DNA from: Spirochaetia bacterium
GTDB lineage: Bacteria; Spirochaetota; Spirochaetia; SP-2023
Assembly (NCBI GenBank): GCA_965225855.1
Contig: CBDDCK010000005.1
Location: 96,001 to 160,000, forward strand
Direction of reading: 5' to 3'
Length of the DNA stretch: 64,000 nt
A model generated the notes under the pieces. The model saw nothing but the letters and a program-made list of their open reading frames with translations, did no database searches and was not told the DNA's origin. This document shows, one piece after another, positions 9,240 through 19,231 of this stretch; positions within the stretch are counted from its first letter, which is position 1; every line of letters starts with the position of its first letter. A program made the translations under genes and the position numbers.

Positions 9240-10526
9240 ATGAGCTCAACAATAGTTATTATATTTATCATCCTTATGATGACAGGGCTACCGGTCTTTT
9301 TTTCTTTGCTAGTTGCTTCATCTATAGCCATATTTATTTCCGATGGTGTTCAGTTTTTTCCTTTGTTTGTAAATAAATTTATTGGTAGTTTGCAAAGTTT
9401 TACGCTATTAGCTTTACCATTTTTTATACTCGCTGGAAATATTATGGGGCGTGGGGGAATTACAGCAAAAATCATTGATTTTTCAAAGGCTATGATCGGG
9501 CACAAGAGAGGTGGGTTGGGGCATGTTGTGGTACTTTCTTCGACTATTTATTCCGCCTTGACCGGTTCGGCAGTTGCGGCCACCTCCGCTATTGGTAGCA
9601 TGCTAATACCCAAAATGACCAAAGAAGGTTATTCGACAAAGTATGCCGCAGCAATTACATCTGCAGCCACAGTTTTAGGGCCAATAATCCCGCCCAGTGG
9701 GATTATGATTATCTATGCCTTTACCATGAACACATCAATTGGGGCTATGTTCATCGCTGCAATAATCCCCGGCTTATTATTCTGTATATGCTTGATGATC
9801 ATGAACTACTTCCAATGCTTGAAAAAGGGTTATCTATTCACAACTTCTAAATCAACGACAAAAGAGCGCTTTCTTAGTTTTAAAGATGCTTTTTGGGCTT
9901 TGCTTTCGCCTTTCATTATTTTGGGTGGTATTTATGGTGGGGTCTTTACCCCTACAGAAGCGGCAGCTATTGCCGCGGGTTATGCTGCATTTGTGGCCAT
10001 TTTTATCTATCGTTCGTTGTCCTTAAAAGCATTATTGGAAGTTATTCAAGAATCTGTTGCAAGTTCCGCTAGTATTTTATTGTTGATAGGTATTGCCTCA
10101 GGTTTTGGTAGTATTGTCAGCTTGACTTCTATTTCCGAGCAGATCAATAGCATTTTATATAGTATTACAACAAATCCTTACATTTTATTTGCGATTATTA
10201 ACGTTATGTTGCTCATTATTGGCATGTTTTTGGATGCAGGGCCAACAATTTTAATATTTGCCTCTATTTTATCGACACCACTTATCAGCTTAGGGGTAGA
10301 CCCTATACATTTTGGCGTTGTAATGAGTATTAACGTAACTATTGGCTTAGCAACTCCTCCGATGGGTTTGGTTTTGTTCGTTGCTTCCAATTTATCCGGG
10401 GTATCTTTGGAACAAATTGCTTGGGAAGCTTTGCCGTTTATTTTAGTAGAAATCGCAATTGTATTTTTCATATCTTTCTTTCCGCCAATTGTAATGTGGT
10501 TACCGCAAATTTTGGGTTTTGCCTGA
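9240..10526 (+). CDS. dctM: TRAP transporter large permease
   Basis: LLALPFFILAG, GSAVA, IIPPS, GVFTPTEAA, DPIHFG and TPPMG motifs. Confidence 0.93.
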   Translation: MSSTIVIIFIILMMTGLPVFFSLLVASSIAIFISDGVQFFPLFVNKFIGSLQSFTLLALPFFILAGNIMGRGGITAKIIDFSKAMIGHKRGGLGHVVVLSSTIYSALTGSAVAATSAIGSMLIPKMTKEGYSTKYAAAITSAATVLGPIIPPSGIMIIYAFTMNTSIGAMFIAAIIPGLLFCICLMIMNYFQCLKKGYLFTTSKSTTKERFLSFKDAFWALLSPFIILGGIYGGVFTPTEAAAIAAGYAAFVAIFIYRSLSLKALLEVIQESVASSASILLLIGIASGFGSIVSLTSISEQINSILYSITTNPYILFAIINVMLLIIGMFLDAGPTILIFASILSTPLISLGVDPIHFGVVMSINVTIGLATPPMGLVLFVASNLSGVSLEQIAWEALPFILVEIAIVFFISFFPPIVMWLPQILGFA

Positions 10527-10555
10527 AGAACATATTTTATAGTTAAGGAGAATGT

Positions 10556-11425
10556 ATGAAATTAGGATTTATTGGATTGGGAATTATGGGAAGCCCGATG
10601 AGCCAAAATCTATTGAAGAAAAATCCCAGCACGCCATTGTATGTCTATAACCGTAGTAGGAAGAATATAGATATATTAGCTTCCGCAGGTGCGCATCCAG
10701 CAGAAACTGCGGAGGAAGTTGTTCATGAATCCGATATTACGTTTACAATGGTTCCGACCAGTCAAGATGTACAAGGTTTGTATCAAGACATTTTACCTAA
10801 GATTGCCAAAGGTAAAATTATGGTGGATATGAGCACCATTGAACCAGATATTTCACGAAACATAGCACAAAGTGTCTGTGCCGCTGGGGGTGCAATGCTG
10901 GACGCTCCTGTAGTTCGATCAAAAGCTGCAGCAATAGACGGCACCTTAGGCATTTATGTCGGAGGAGACAAAACTATTTATGAGCAAGTCCGCCCTTTGC
11001 TAGATTGTATGGGTAGCAATATTTTTTATCTTGGCGACAACGGTGCCGGTTTGGTAATGAAAATTTGCCATAATATGTTAGTCGGGCAGATTCAGAACGG
11101 TGTCCATGAGATGATTACGCTCGCTCAAAGATTTGGAATATCTGTGCCAGTTTTCAAAGAAGCGATTAATAGCGGTGGTGGTGCCAATTTCTACTTGAAC
11201 GGAAAAGCCGATAACATTGAGAACATGAATTTTGATACTGCTTTTTCAGTCCAAAATATGTATAAAGATGTTCATATCGCCCAGAAAATGGTTGCGGAAG
11301 CGGGCCTTAATTTATCAGGCGTAGATATGATTTGTCAGATATATGAACAAGCTATGAAGGAAGGGCTAGCTAACAAAGATTTTTCAGCAACCTTTTTGAC
11401 TGTATCCAACAAAGCACAAAAATAA
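10556..11425 (+). CDS. beta-hydroxyacid dehydrogenase family, probable sulfolactaldehyde reductase
   Basis: GFIGLGIMG, DMSTI, LDAPV and KICHN motifs; function inferred from context. Confidence 0.75.
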   Translation: MKLGFIGLGIMGSPMSQNLLKKNPSTPLYVYNRSRKNIDILASAGAHPAETAEEVVHESDITFTMVPTSQDVQGLYQDILPKIAKGKIMVDMSTIEPDISRNIAQSVCAAGGAMLDAPVVRSKAAAIDGTLGIYVGGDKTIYEQVRPLLDCMGSNIFYLGDNGAGLVMKICHNMLVGQIQNGVHEMITLAQRFGISVPVFKEAINSGGGANFYLNGKADNIENMNFDTAFSVQNMYKDVHIAQKMVAEAGLNLSGVDMICQIYEQAMKEGLANKDFSATFLTVSNKAQK

Positions 11426-11446
11426 CAAATAGGCAATAGGGGCTCT

Positions 11447-12490
11447 ATGAAAATCAAGCAACTGGATTATGGCACATTATGGAATAAGGCTGCCTATCTT
11501 TATATTTTGGAAAACGACAATCATATGAGTTTGCATATTACAAATTATGGCGGCATTATTAGCCATTGGTTTGTGCCTGATCGCGATGGTAAGCCCAAAG
11601 ATATTGTATTGGGTTTTGATAACTTTGCCGATTATTTAGCTGGGCATCCTTTTTTTGGTGCGATTGTCGGACGTTTTGCCAATCGTATCGATAAGGGACG
11701 CTTTACTCTGAATGGCGTTGCTTATCAACTTGCTGCTCAAGCAGCAGGTAATCATTTGCATGGAGGGCTTAGGGGTTTTGATAAGTATATTTGGGATAGC
11801 CGAATAGAAGAGCATTCGACTCATCTGGATTTATTACTTCAGCATTGTTCTATTGATGGTGATGAAGGCTATCCGGGCACTGTAAATGTTTTGGTATGTT
11901 ATCGCCTATATAGCGATAATCGTTTTGCCATAAGCTATGAGGCTACTACGGACCAACAGACTATTATTAATTTAACCAACCACAGTTATTTTAACCTTAG
12001 TGGGAATCCTTTGCAAAATATAGACGAACACTTTATTCAAATCAATGCAGAGCGTTATGTGGAAGTCGATCAATACCAGATACCCACAGGGAATTTGCCT
12101 TTGGTTGCCGATAGCTATTTTGATTGTCGCAAATTACGCCAAATGAAAGACATGTTTGCACAAGCGCCCAACCAAGTGCTCGATCATTGTTATGTGATGC
12201 AAAATCAAACGGGCAAGCTCTGTGATGTTGCCGTTGTAAAAGAAGCCTCTACGGGTATTCAGATGAATCTGGCCACCGATAATATCGGGGTGCAATTTTA
12301 CAATGGCAACAAATTGGGTGAGCAGAAAAAAGTTGGTAAAAAGGGGATTCTATATCCTCGATTTGCTGGTTTTTGTTTGGAAACCCAGTGTTTGCCGGAT
12401 AGCCCGAATCAAGAAAAATTTCCTTCTTGTAGGCTTTTGCCGGGTCAAACTTATCGGCATAAAGCCGAATTTCGTTTTGAAACTTTGTAA
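11447..12490 (+). CDS. galM: Aldose 1-epimerase (mutarotase)
   Basis: GRFANRI, NHLHGG, NLTNHSYFNL and GFCLETQ motifs. Confidence 0.92.
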   Translation: MKIKQLDYGTLWNKAAYLYILENDNHMSLHITNYGGIISHWFVPDRDGKPKDIVLGFDNFADYLAGHPFFGAIVGRFANRIDKGRFTLNGVAYQLAAQAAGNHLHGGLRGFDKYIWDSRIEEHSTHLDLLLQHCSIDGDEGYPGTVNVLVCYRLYSDNRFAISYEATTDQQTIINLTNHSYFNLSGNPLQNIDEHFIQINAERYVEVDQYQIPTGNLPLVADSYFDCRKLRQMKDMFAQAPNQVLDHCYVMQNQTGKLCDVAVVKEASTGIQMNLATDNIGVQFYNGNKLGEQKKVGKKGILYPRFAGFCLETQCLPDSPNQEKFPSCRLLPGQTYRHKAEFRFETL

Positions 12491-12576
12491 TTCTTCTTTA
12501 TTTTTTCTGTTTGCAATAACTAGAAATTTTCTTAAAAAGTACCCATTTCATGGTGGGGACGTTGGGTATATGCGAT

Positions 12577-13911
12577 ATGTTGGCAAAAATTGGGATATTA
12601 GCCCTGGCAAGAGAAACCTTTGACGTTGCCTTTGCCAAAGAAATCCATGCAGAATGTTTGCAACAATTACAACAGCTACCGATAGAAATGATTGGCGGTG
12701 ATGAGCTGCTGTTTGATGCGGACTCGGCGCAAAAGTCTTTAGAGAATATAGTATACCAAAAGCCCGATTTACTATTGCTTCTTCAAGTTACCTTTACCGA
12801 TGCAAGCTTAACTTGTAAGATTGCAGAACAATCCGGCTTGCCTTTGGTGCTTTGGTCTTTTCCCGAAGAACGCACTGGCGGCCGGCTGCGGTTAAATTCT
12901 TTTTGTGGTATCAACCTTGCAGCACATGCTTTGAGTCGCAGGCAGCTAGACTATTATTACCTTCACGGAAAGCCCGATGGCCAACAAATTCATGCAGAAC
13001 TGTTAGCTTATGCACGCGCAGCAAAAGCACGCGCAGAATTGAAAGGCAGTAGTATGGTTGTTATTGGAGAGTTTCCCGAAGGCTTTGATACTTGTGATTA
13101 CCATGCGGAACAAGTCTACCAAACGTTTGGGGTAATAGTTTATACCGTTTCTATTGCCGACTTTATCCAAGAGGCGCAAAAGGTTCCGGCAGAAGTGGCT
13201 CAAGAACATTTACAAGAGCGTAAGAAAGTGCTTAGCAAGCTGGAACAATTAGAGCCAGAGCCCTTATTAAATACCATGAAAGTTTATCACGCTTTGAATA
13301 ACTTGGTAAAAGAAAAACATGCTATGGGAGCAGCGGTTCGCTGTTGGCCCCACTTTTTTACAGAATGGGGCACGGCTGCTTGTGGAGCTTTGGCCATGAT
13401 GGGAGAGCATTGTCTGCCTTGTGGTTGTGAGGCCGATGTGTATGGGGTATTGACTTCTAAGTTACTAAGTTTGATTGCCGATGATGTTGTGTTTAATACG
13501 GACTTGGTCGACTTAGATTTTGATTCTAATACTTGTGTTTTTTGGCATTGTGGCCAAGCGCCAGTGCAAATGGCCGACCCAGATTGGCCACCTAGCGGGA
13601 CGGTTCATACCAATAGGAAATTGCCTTTGCTTAGCGAGTTTCCGTTAAAGCCGGGCCCTATTACGGTTGCTCGTTTCAGCCGGGGTGGGGGCAAATTAAC
13701 ATTGGTCTTTGCCCAAGCAGAAATGCTGAAAGCGCCTTTAGCCTATGCCGGCACTTGTGGAGTTGCGCGCTTTTCCCGCCCATTGAAACAGGTGGTGGAT
13801 ACAATAATCAGCCATGGCTTAGAGCACCACACCGCAATTGTTTACGGTAGCTTTTTGGCCGAGTTGCGCTGTGTGGCCCAGCTATTCCATATAAAAACGG
13901 TGGAATTATAG
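12577..13911 (+). CDS. L-fucose/L-arabinose isomerase family, probable sulfoquinovose isomerase (SqvD/SftI-like)
   Basis: GGRLRLNSFCG, AVRCWP, GCEADVYG, FWHCG and GLEHH motifs; start moved to ATG 12577. Confidence 0.75.
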   Translation: MLAKIGILALARETFDVAFAKEIHAECLQQLQQLPIEMIGGDELLFDADSAQKSLENIVYQKPDLLLLLQVTFTDASLTCKIAEQSGLPLVLWSFPEERTGGRLRLNSFCGINLAAHALSRRQLDYYYLHGKPDGQQIHAELLAYARAAKARAELKGSSMVVIGEFPEGFDTCDYHAEQVYQTFGVIVYTVSIADFIQEAQKVPAEVAQEHLQERKKVLSKLEQLEPEPLLNTMKVYHALNNLVKEKHAMGAAVRCWPHFFTEWGTAACGALAMMGEHCLPCGCEADVYGVLTSKLLSLIADDVVFNTDLVDLDFDSNTCVFWHCGQAPVQMADPDWPPSGTVHTNRKLPLLSEFPLKPGPITVARFSRGGGKLTLVFAQAEMLKAPLAYAGTCGVARFSRPLKQVVDTIISHGLEHHTAIVYGSFLAELRCVAQLFHIKTVEL

Positions 13912-13974
13912 TAACGAACGAGCGCCTGGGTATCTTGCATAAGGCTTGGGTAAGACTAAATTGATTGGTGTCTA

Positions 13975-14130
13975 GCCCGTAAAAGTTTTCGCTTAGGGGT
14001 ATTTGTTGGGGGCTGCATGCAAAGCGGCTATCGCCCCACTCGGTATACGGCACATACAATTGGTTGAGTCCTAAAAAGTCGATCGATATTTGTTTTTGGC
14101 TCTCTAGGCTTAGTGCGGCAAAATCTTGGG
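13975..14130 (-). pseudogene. mod: 3' remnant of a type III mod gene
   Basis: Translates as DFAALSLESQKQISIDFLGLNQLYVPYTE...RFACS...LSENFY, matching the C-termini of the intact Mod proteins. Confidence 0.85.
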
Positions 14131-14154
14131 GGGTTGGGGGCTCTGCCATTAAGA

Positions 14155-14526
14155 CTAATTGCTTTCTTCTTTGCTAGTTTCTAGCATTTGAGGGCTATGA
14201 GAAACGTGCCGATGGGCTTCTATCATGTTTATTTGCAATCTCTTTTCATCGCTGTCTCTCCTTATCGTATCAATCTCTTTTTCCATCTTTAGTTGACGCG
14301 CCTCTATATTAGAAACATCTTTCCTTATTTGGGAAAGCTCGATTTTTATTTCCGATATAGCTACTTGCAATTGCCCTATTTTATCTTGCAATTGCCCTAT
14401 TTTGTCTTGTAATTCTCTGTGATCATTGCGGCGGTCTCTATTTGCGCTCATCGTGTGGGTAACTATGGCATTGATGATAAACGCTACCGCCAACACTGCC
14501 GATATAATAAGACTTATGAAATCCAT
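14155..14526 (-). CDS. Small protein, N-terminal TM helix plus coiled coil
   Basis: AAGGA RBS; hydrophobic N-terminus; LQDKIGQ x2 (21-bp duplication). Confidence 0.7.
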   Translation of the reverse strand: MDFISLIISAVLAVAFIINAIVTHTMSANRDRRNDHRELQDKIGQLQDKIGQLQVAISEIKIELSQIRKDVSNIEARQLKMEKEIDTIRRDSDEKRLQINMIEAHRHVSHSPQMLETSKEESN

Positions 14527-14706
14527 AGTTTTATTTCCTTAGTAGGTAGCAACCCTGAACATTGATATGCTAAGATATAGAGAGTCAAAGGCCAACTCAA
14601 GAGAAAAGAGATTTTATCAATAAATTGTATTCTAAGCAATTGAATTAGGCAAAGTCAAGCAAAGAACAGCCTAGCTTACCATAAATTGCCTACCCCCAAC
14701 CACAAA

Positions 14707-17208
14707 TTAGCGGTAAGGAATACTGCTTGTATGTATGGCAGGCTCTTCCAGTTGGGGGAATTTATTACCCTTTTTGTATAGTTGCAAAAGATAGTTTATA
14801 TATAACCGCTCGGCCTTGCTGGCCTTAGGGGCCGTTAGTACCGCACATAGCTTATTTAGTTTATCGGTTTCTATATAAATATAGGGCACGCTCTTGGTCT
14901 CTATATCTTGTAATTGTTCGCTCTGGAGTATTTCGGGGATATGTTCTGGGCCGGCAAAACACACGAAACGGTATTCTTGTTCGTGGGCATAGCTTTTATC
15001 TTTTATCAAATAGCGTATGCCGTTTAGTAATTCTAAGCATTTGTGGTATATATCGGGTTTTTGTTGTGCTTCTTCCTTTATTTTTTGTTGTTCTTCTCTT
15101 TTTATCTTTTTAAGGCTTTCTTTTATTTGTTTTATTTCCCCATCTACTGCTTTGTTGCCACTATTTATATAGTGGACTTGATACAATATCTGTGGGGGTG
15201 CTGCTTCTTCTGTGCTTTTTATATTTTTTGACCGTGTAGCTGTTTTGCCTTGCTTACTATCATCACTTGATTCATTAACTGAAGATAATGAAGGAAGCGG
15301 TATAGACTGATCTTGCTTGCTATATCCAATATGCTCTGGCCCACTATAGACTAAGTCTTTTGTTTGAAAGAGCAAAGCAATACCTTTAGCATCATCGCCG
15401 TACATACTCCATATGGGCAAAAGGTCTAAACCTTTTATATCTTTGCCACCACAAAAGCTAGCCACCATTATATAGGGAATATCGGCACTGGATTCTATTG
15501 GTTCGGGTGCAAGGCCTAAGGCTGTAAATAATGCTCTTCCTTCGGTGGGGTCGTTGGCATAGACAATATGGTACATGCGCAATTTGCCTAGTTTTGGTTT
15601 TCCCTCACTGTTTATCGGGACCAAATACTTCGTAAATACCGATAGTTTGGTAGTATGGGAAAGATATGTTACACTGTCTGTAGAGTCTTTGTTTACCTTT
15701 AATTTGTCTAATATTTGGTGAACACTTTCAAAGATAGCAAAGATATTCTTAGCAATATTATCTTCTTTAGAATTTTCTTTATTATCTTTTGGAAACGCTT
15801 TTGCTTTATATGCTGCTATATTTTCACTAGATACACCATACCGCAAAGCCTTATTGAGGTTATCAATCGCTTTTAGATATTCTTCTTTATTAAGAAAATC
15901 TATCCCTTGTTGTAAGTATTTTAATTTATAATCTGGCTTTAGCTCTGTTACTTTATCAAAATCGGCTACTGCTTGTTCGTATTCTTTTTGTTTTGCATAA
16001 GCAAGGCCTCTGTTATAATACGCATTGGCTTTGTCGTTGTTATCTGTTGCTAACTCAATGGCTTTTGTGTAATCCGCTATCGCTAGCTCATATTTTCCTT
16101 GTTCGCTGTAAGTAAAACCTCTGTTGTTATACGCAATTGCTTTGTTGTTATCATTTGTATCTAGCGCAATAACTTGCGTATATTCTGCTATGGCTTCTGC
16201 GTATTTTTTTTGTCCTAAGTACGCAATTCCTATGTTGCCATACGCTACTGCTTTGCCGTTGTTATCCGTGAATAGCTCAATGGCCTCTTTATAATCCGCT
16301 ATCGCTAGCTCGTATTCTCTTTGTTCTAAGTACGCAATGCCTTTGTTGATATACTCAATTGCTTTGTCGTTGTTATCCGTGAATAGCTCAATGGCCTCTT
16401 TATAATCCGCTATCGCTAGCTCGTATTCTTTTTGTTTTAAGTACGCAACGCCCCTACTTCCATACGCCCTCGCCTTGTCGTTATTGTCCGTATATCGCTC
16501 AATAGCTTGGGTAAAATTATCTATCGCTTGTTCGTATTCTCCTTGTTCTTCGTAATAAAAGCCTCTAACAAGATACTCCCCCGCTTTTTGTTCATTGTCT
16601 GTTGCTAACTCAATGGTTTCTGTAGAATCCGCTTTTGCTTTTGCGTACTTTTCTTGTTTTTCATAAGTAACGCCTTTGTTGTTATACGCATTAGCTTTAA
16701 TGTTATTATCGTTTGCTAGCCTTATGGCTTCTGTATTATCCGCTTTTGCTTTTTCGTATTCCCCTTGTTCGCTGTAAACAACGCCTCTGCCAAGATGTGC
16801 AAATGCTTTCGTACTATTATCGGTAGCTAGCTCAATGGCCTTTGTGTGATTCGCTATCGCTGGTTCGTATTTTCTTTGTTCTTCATAAATAATGCCTATA
16901 TTGGTATACGCCTGTGCTTTGTCGTTGTTATCCGTAAATAACTTAATGGCTTGGGTAAAATCCTCTATCGCTGGCTTGTATTCCTTTCGTTCCCTGTAAG
17001 CATTGCCTCTGTCGTTATACGCCTTTGCTTTGTCGTTATTATCCGTGAATAGCTCAATGGCCTGCGTATAGTCCGCTATCGCTTGTTGGTATTTTCCTTG
17101 TCCGCTGTGCGCATTGCCTCTGTCGTTATACGCCTCCCCCCTCTGTTCATTGGTAGAATTGGGGTTTTCAATAATCTGTGTGTATTGTTCTATTTCACGG
17201 TCGTTCAT
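14707..17208 (-). CDS. TPR-repeat protein (about 12 units) with C-terminal DUF2971-like domain (type X)
   Basis: AYxxRGxxY 37-aa repeats; YANDPTEG, LPIWSMYGDDAKGIAL and KDKSYAHEQEYR motifs; ATGA overlap with mod. Confidence 0.85.
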   Translation of the reverse strand: MNDREIEQYTQIIENPNSTNEQRGEAYNDRGNAHSGQGKYQQAIADYTQAIELFTDNNDKAKAYNDRGNAYRERKEYKPAIEDFTQAIKLFTDNNDKAQAYTNIGIIYEEQRKYEPAIANHTKAIELATDNSTKAFAHLGRGVVYSEQGEYEKAKADNTEAIRLANDNNIKANAYNNKGVTYEKQEKYAKAKADSTETIELATDNEQKAGEYLVRGFYYEEQGEYEQAIDNFTQAIERYTDNNDKARAYGSRGVAYLKQKEYELAIADYKEAIELFTDNNDKAIEYINKGIAYLEQREYELAIADYKEAIELFTDNNGKAVAYGNIGIAYLGQKKYAEAIAEYTQVIALDTNDNNKAIAYNNRGFTYSEQGKYELAIADYTKAIELATDNNDKANAYYNRGLAYAKQKEYEQAVADFDKVTELKPDYKLKYLQQGIDFLNKEEYLKAIDNLNKALRYGVSSENIAAYKAKAFPKDNKENSKEDNIAKNIFAIFESVHQILDKLKVNKDSTDSVTYLSHTTKLSVFTKYLVPINSEGKPKLGKLRMYHIVYANDPTEGRALFTALGLAPEPIESSADIPYIMVASFCGGKDIKGLDLLPIWSMYGDDAKGIALLFQTKDLVYSGPEHIGYSKQDQSIPLPSLSSVNESSDDSKQGKTATRSKNIKSTEEAAPPQILYQVHYINSGNKAVDGEIKQIKESLKKIKREEQQKIKEEAQQKPDIYHKCLELLNGIRYLIKDKSYAHEQEYRFVCFAGPEHIPEILQSEQLQDIETKSVPYIYIETDKLNKLCAVLTAPKASKAERLYINYLLQLYKKGNKFPQLEEPAIHTSSIPYR

Positions 17209-19109
17209 GCCTTATCTCCCTTGTAAAAACTTTCGCTTAGGGTAATTTCTTGGTCCGTGCATGCAAAGCGTGTATCTTTGCGCTCGGTATACGGCACATA
17301 CAATTGGTTGAGTTCCAAAAAGTCTATCAATATTTGCCTTTGCTTTTCTAGGCTTAGCGCAGCAAAATCTTCGGGGTTTTGTTGCACGGCTTCGGTGTTT
17401 AGGCGGTAGTCCAAATCGGGGTTTTGGAGTAGCTCTTGCTGTATTTGCAACAATTGCTCTTTAGTGGTGGACTCCGCAATACGCTCTATAAAATTTTGGT
17501 TGTGCTGTTTGAGCTCCAAATAGACAAAGCTGCCACCGCCTTGCCAAGCTACATTTTTGCTTATGCCGCCTTGCTCGCCTTCAATTACTTTGGTTAAGCG
17601 TTGTACGGAAATACTTTGTATGTAGTCCATTTGCTCTATGCCGATGTATTGCCTACCCATTTTGTGCGCCACCGCCGCAGTAGTTCCGCTGCCCAGACAA
17701 AAGTCTAAAACAATATCGCCTTCCTTGGTTGCAATTTGCAAAATACATTGAATAAGCCCTTCAGGTTTTGGAGTATCAAATTTATTTACAGTACCAAAGA
17801 TATTTAATATCTCTTTTGTTGCGACTGTTCCTTGAGGAACAAAATCCCATATTGTAGAGTAAGGTATTCCTTCTTGTACTTCTGATAAAAAACGCTTTAA
17901 CTTAGGGCGTCCTTTTCCATCTTTACCAAAATAGATTTCATTATTTGCTAATAATGTCTTTATTGTATTTTCATTAAATCTCCAATTCCCATTTGAAGAG
18001 GGATAATGTTCTTCATTCGTAAATGGATTTCTTATTGCAAAATATAACGAATTAACAAATCTTCCACCTTTAACATTAGCCATAAGATTATCTACAGCCC
18101 AACATCCTTTAGGATGATTATCTGGATTAGAATATCGACTTAACTGTTCTTGACTTCTTTTTCTCCTATATAGCTTAGGATTTTCTTTAGAATAAAGTAA
18201 AATATTTTCATGAGTTGAACCAATAACTTTATCATTAGGCGCACCACTTCTCTTTTTCCAAACAATATTATTTACAAAGTTTTCCCGTCCAAAGACTTCG
18301 TCCATCAGCACCTTCAAATAAGCCTGTTCGTTGTCATCACACTGAACAAAAATCACGCCATCGTCTCGCAGCAGTTCGCGCGCTGCTTCCAGGCGGTTTT
18401 TCATAAATACCAACCAAGTGCTGTGGTTAAAGTTGTCGTTGTACTGAAAGCTGTCGTTGCCGGTGTTATACGGCGGGTCGATGTAGATGAGCTTAACCTT
18501 TTTGGCAAATTGTTCCTTGATTGTGTGCAGGGCAATTAGGTTGTTGCCTTTAATAATCAAATTATCGCTGATAGTATTGTCGCTTGGGTTGCGTGTAAAT
18601 TCGGTAATTGGCTGGTGGCCTTCCTTATTATAGCGTTGGGAATTGGTTAATACTTTGGGGTCCAGCAAGCGGTCTATTTGTTCTATCGCAAGTATGCGGT
18701 GGTAGTAGCGTTCGCTGCGCTTGGCATCGTCTTTGCATTGGCCACCTTCCAGTACGCAGTCTTTAAACGGAAAGGCCAGCACCACATCTTGGCTTTTCTT
18801 CAGATAGTCGCGGTCGTCATGCAAGCCAATTTTGTTACGATAGGCGGTGTAGCTATTGGCCACAAAGCGTTTGTGCTGTATGTAGTCGATAAAATGGTCG
18901 CGCACAAATACGCTGTGCCCTTCGTGCTCAAAAAAGAACGCCTGCCGGGTAGCACTATTATCAAACAATAATTCTAGCAAATTGCGCTGGCACTGCTGGG
19001 CTAGCTTATACAATAAAGCCGTGTTCAGCTCGCCCTCTTGGTCTAAATAGTGGTGTTGTGCCTTTAGTAAATTCTTTAGATATTCTAGGCTTAGGGGCTG
19101 GCTTTTCAT
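17205..19109 (-). CDS. mod: Type III R-M Mod methyltransferase (ModA-like, beta class), allele 1
   Basis: SYTAYRNKIGL...FPFKDCVLEGG N-domain, IYIDPPY (motif IV), TRD, PKPE and DFCLGSGTT (motif I); AGGAG RBS. Confidence 0.93.
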   Translation of the reverse strand: MKSQPLSLEYLKNLLKAQHHYLDQEGELNTALLYKLAQQCQRNLLELLFDNSATRQAFFFEHEGHSVFVRDHFIDYIQHKRFVANSYTAYRNKIGLHDDRDYLKKSQDVVLAFPFKDCVLEGGQCKDDAKRSERYYHRILAIEQIDRLLDPKVLTNSQRYNKEGHQPITEFTRNPSDNTISDNLIIKGNNLIALHTIKEQFAKKVKLIYIDPPYNTGNDSFQYNDNFNHSTWLVFMKNRLEAARELLRDDGVIFVQCDDNEQAYLKVLMDEVFGRENFVNNIVWKKRSGAPNDKVIGSTHENILLYSKENPKLYRRKRSQEQLSRYSNPDNHPKGCWAVDNLMANVKGGRFVNSLYFAIRNPFTNEEHYPSSNGNWRFNENTIKTLLANNEIYFGKDGKGRPKLKRFLSEVQEGIPYSTIWDFVPQGTVATKEILNIFGTVNKFDTPKPEGLIQCILQIATKEGDIVLDFCLGSGTTAAVAHKMGRQYIGIEQMDYIQSISVQRLTKVIEGEQGGISKNVAWQGGGSFVYLELKQHNQNFIERIAESTTKEQLLQIQQELLQNPDLDYRLNTEAVQQNPEDFAALSLEKQRQILIDFLELNQLYVPYTERKDTRFACTDQEITLSESFYKGDKA

Positions 19110-19137
19110 GGTTTCTCCTATTTGTTTATACTGTATA

Positions 19138-19210
19138 ACGATAATTTATTTGCCTACAGTGGCCAAGCTCTCCCCGTATTTAGGGCGGGCTCTGACCGTA
19201 TTTAGGGCGG
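19138..19210 (-). promoter_or_regulatory. Cassette promoter plus two 22-bp repeats
   Basis: TTGGCC-17-TATCGT on the minus strand; repeats GCTCTnnCCGTATTTAGGGCGG at 19167-19210 abut the -35 box. Confidence 0.7.
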
Positions 19211-19231
19211 GCTATTTCTTGAAAGGCAACG

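Noticed and set aside
13808..14149. 113-aa ORF as a real gene
   Set aside because: It is the mod 3' remnant reading on into the antisense of the isomerase gene.
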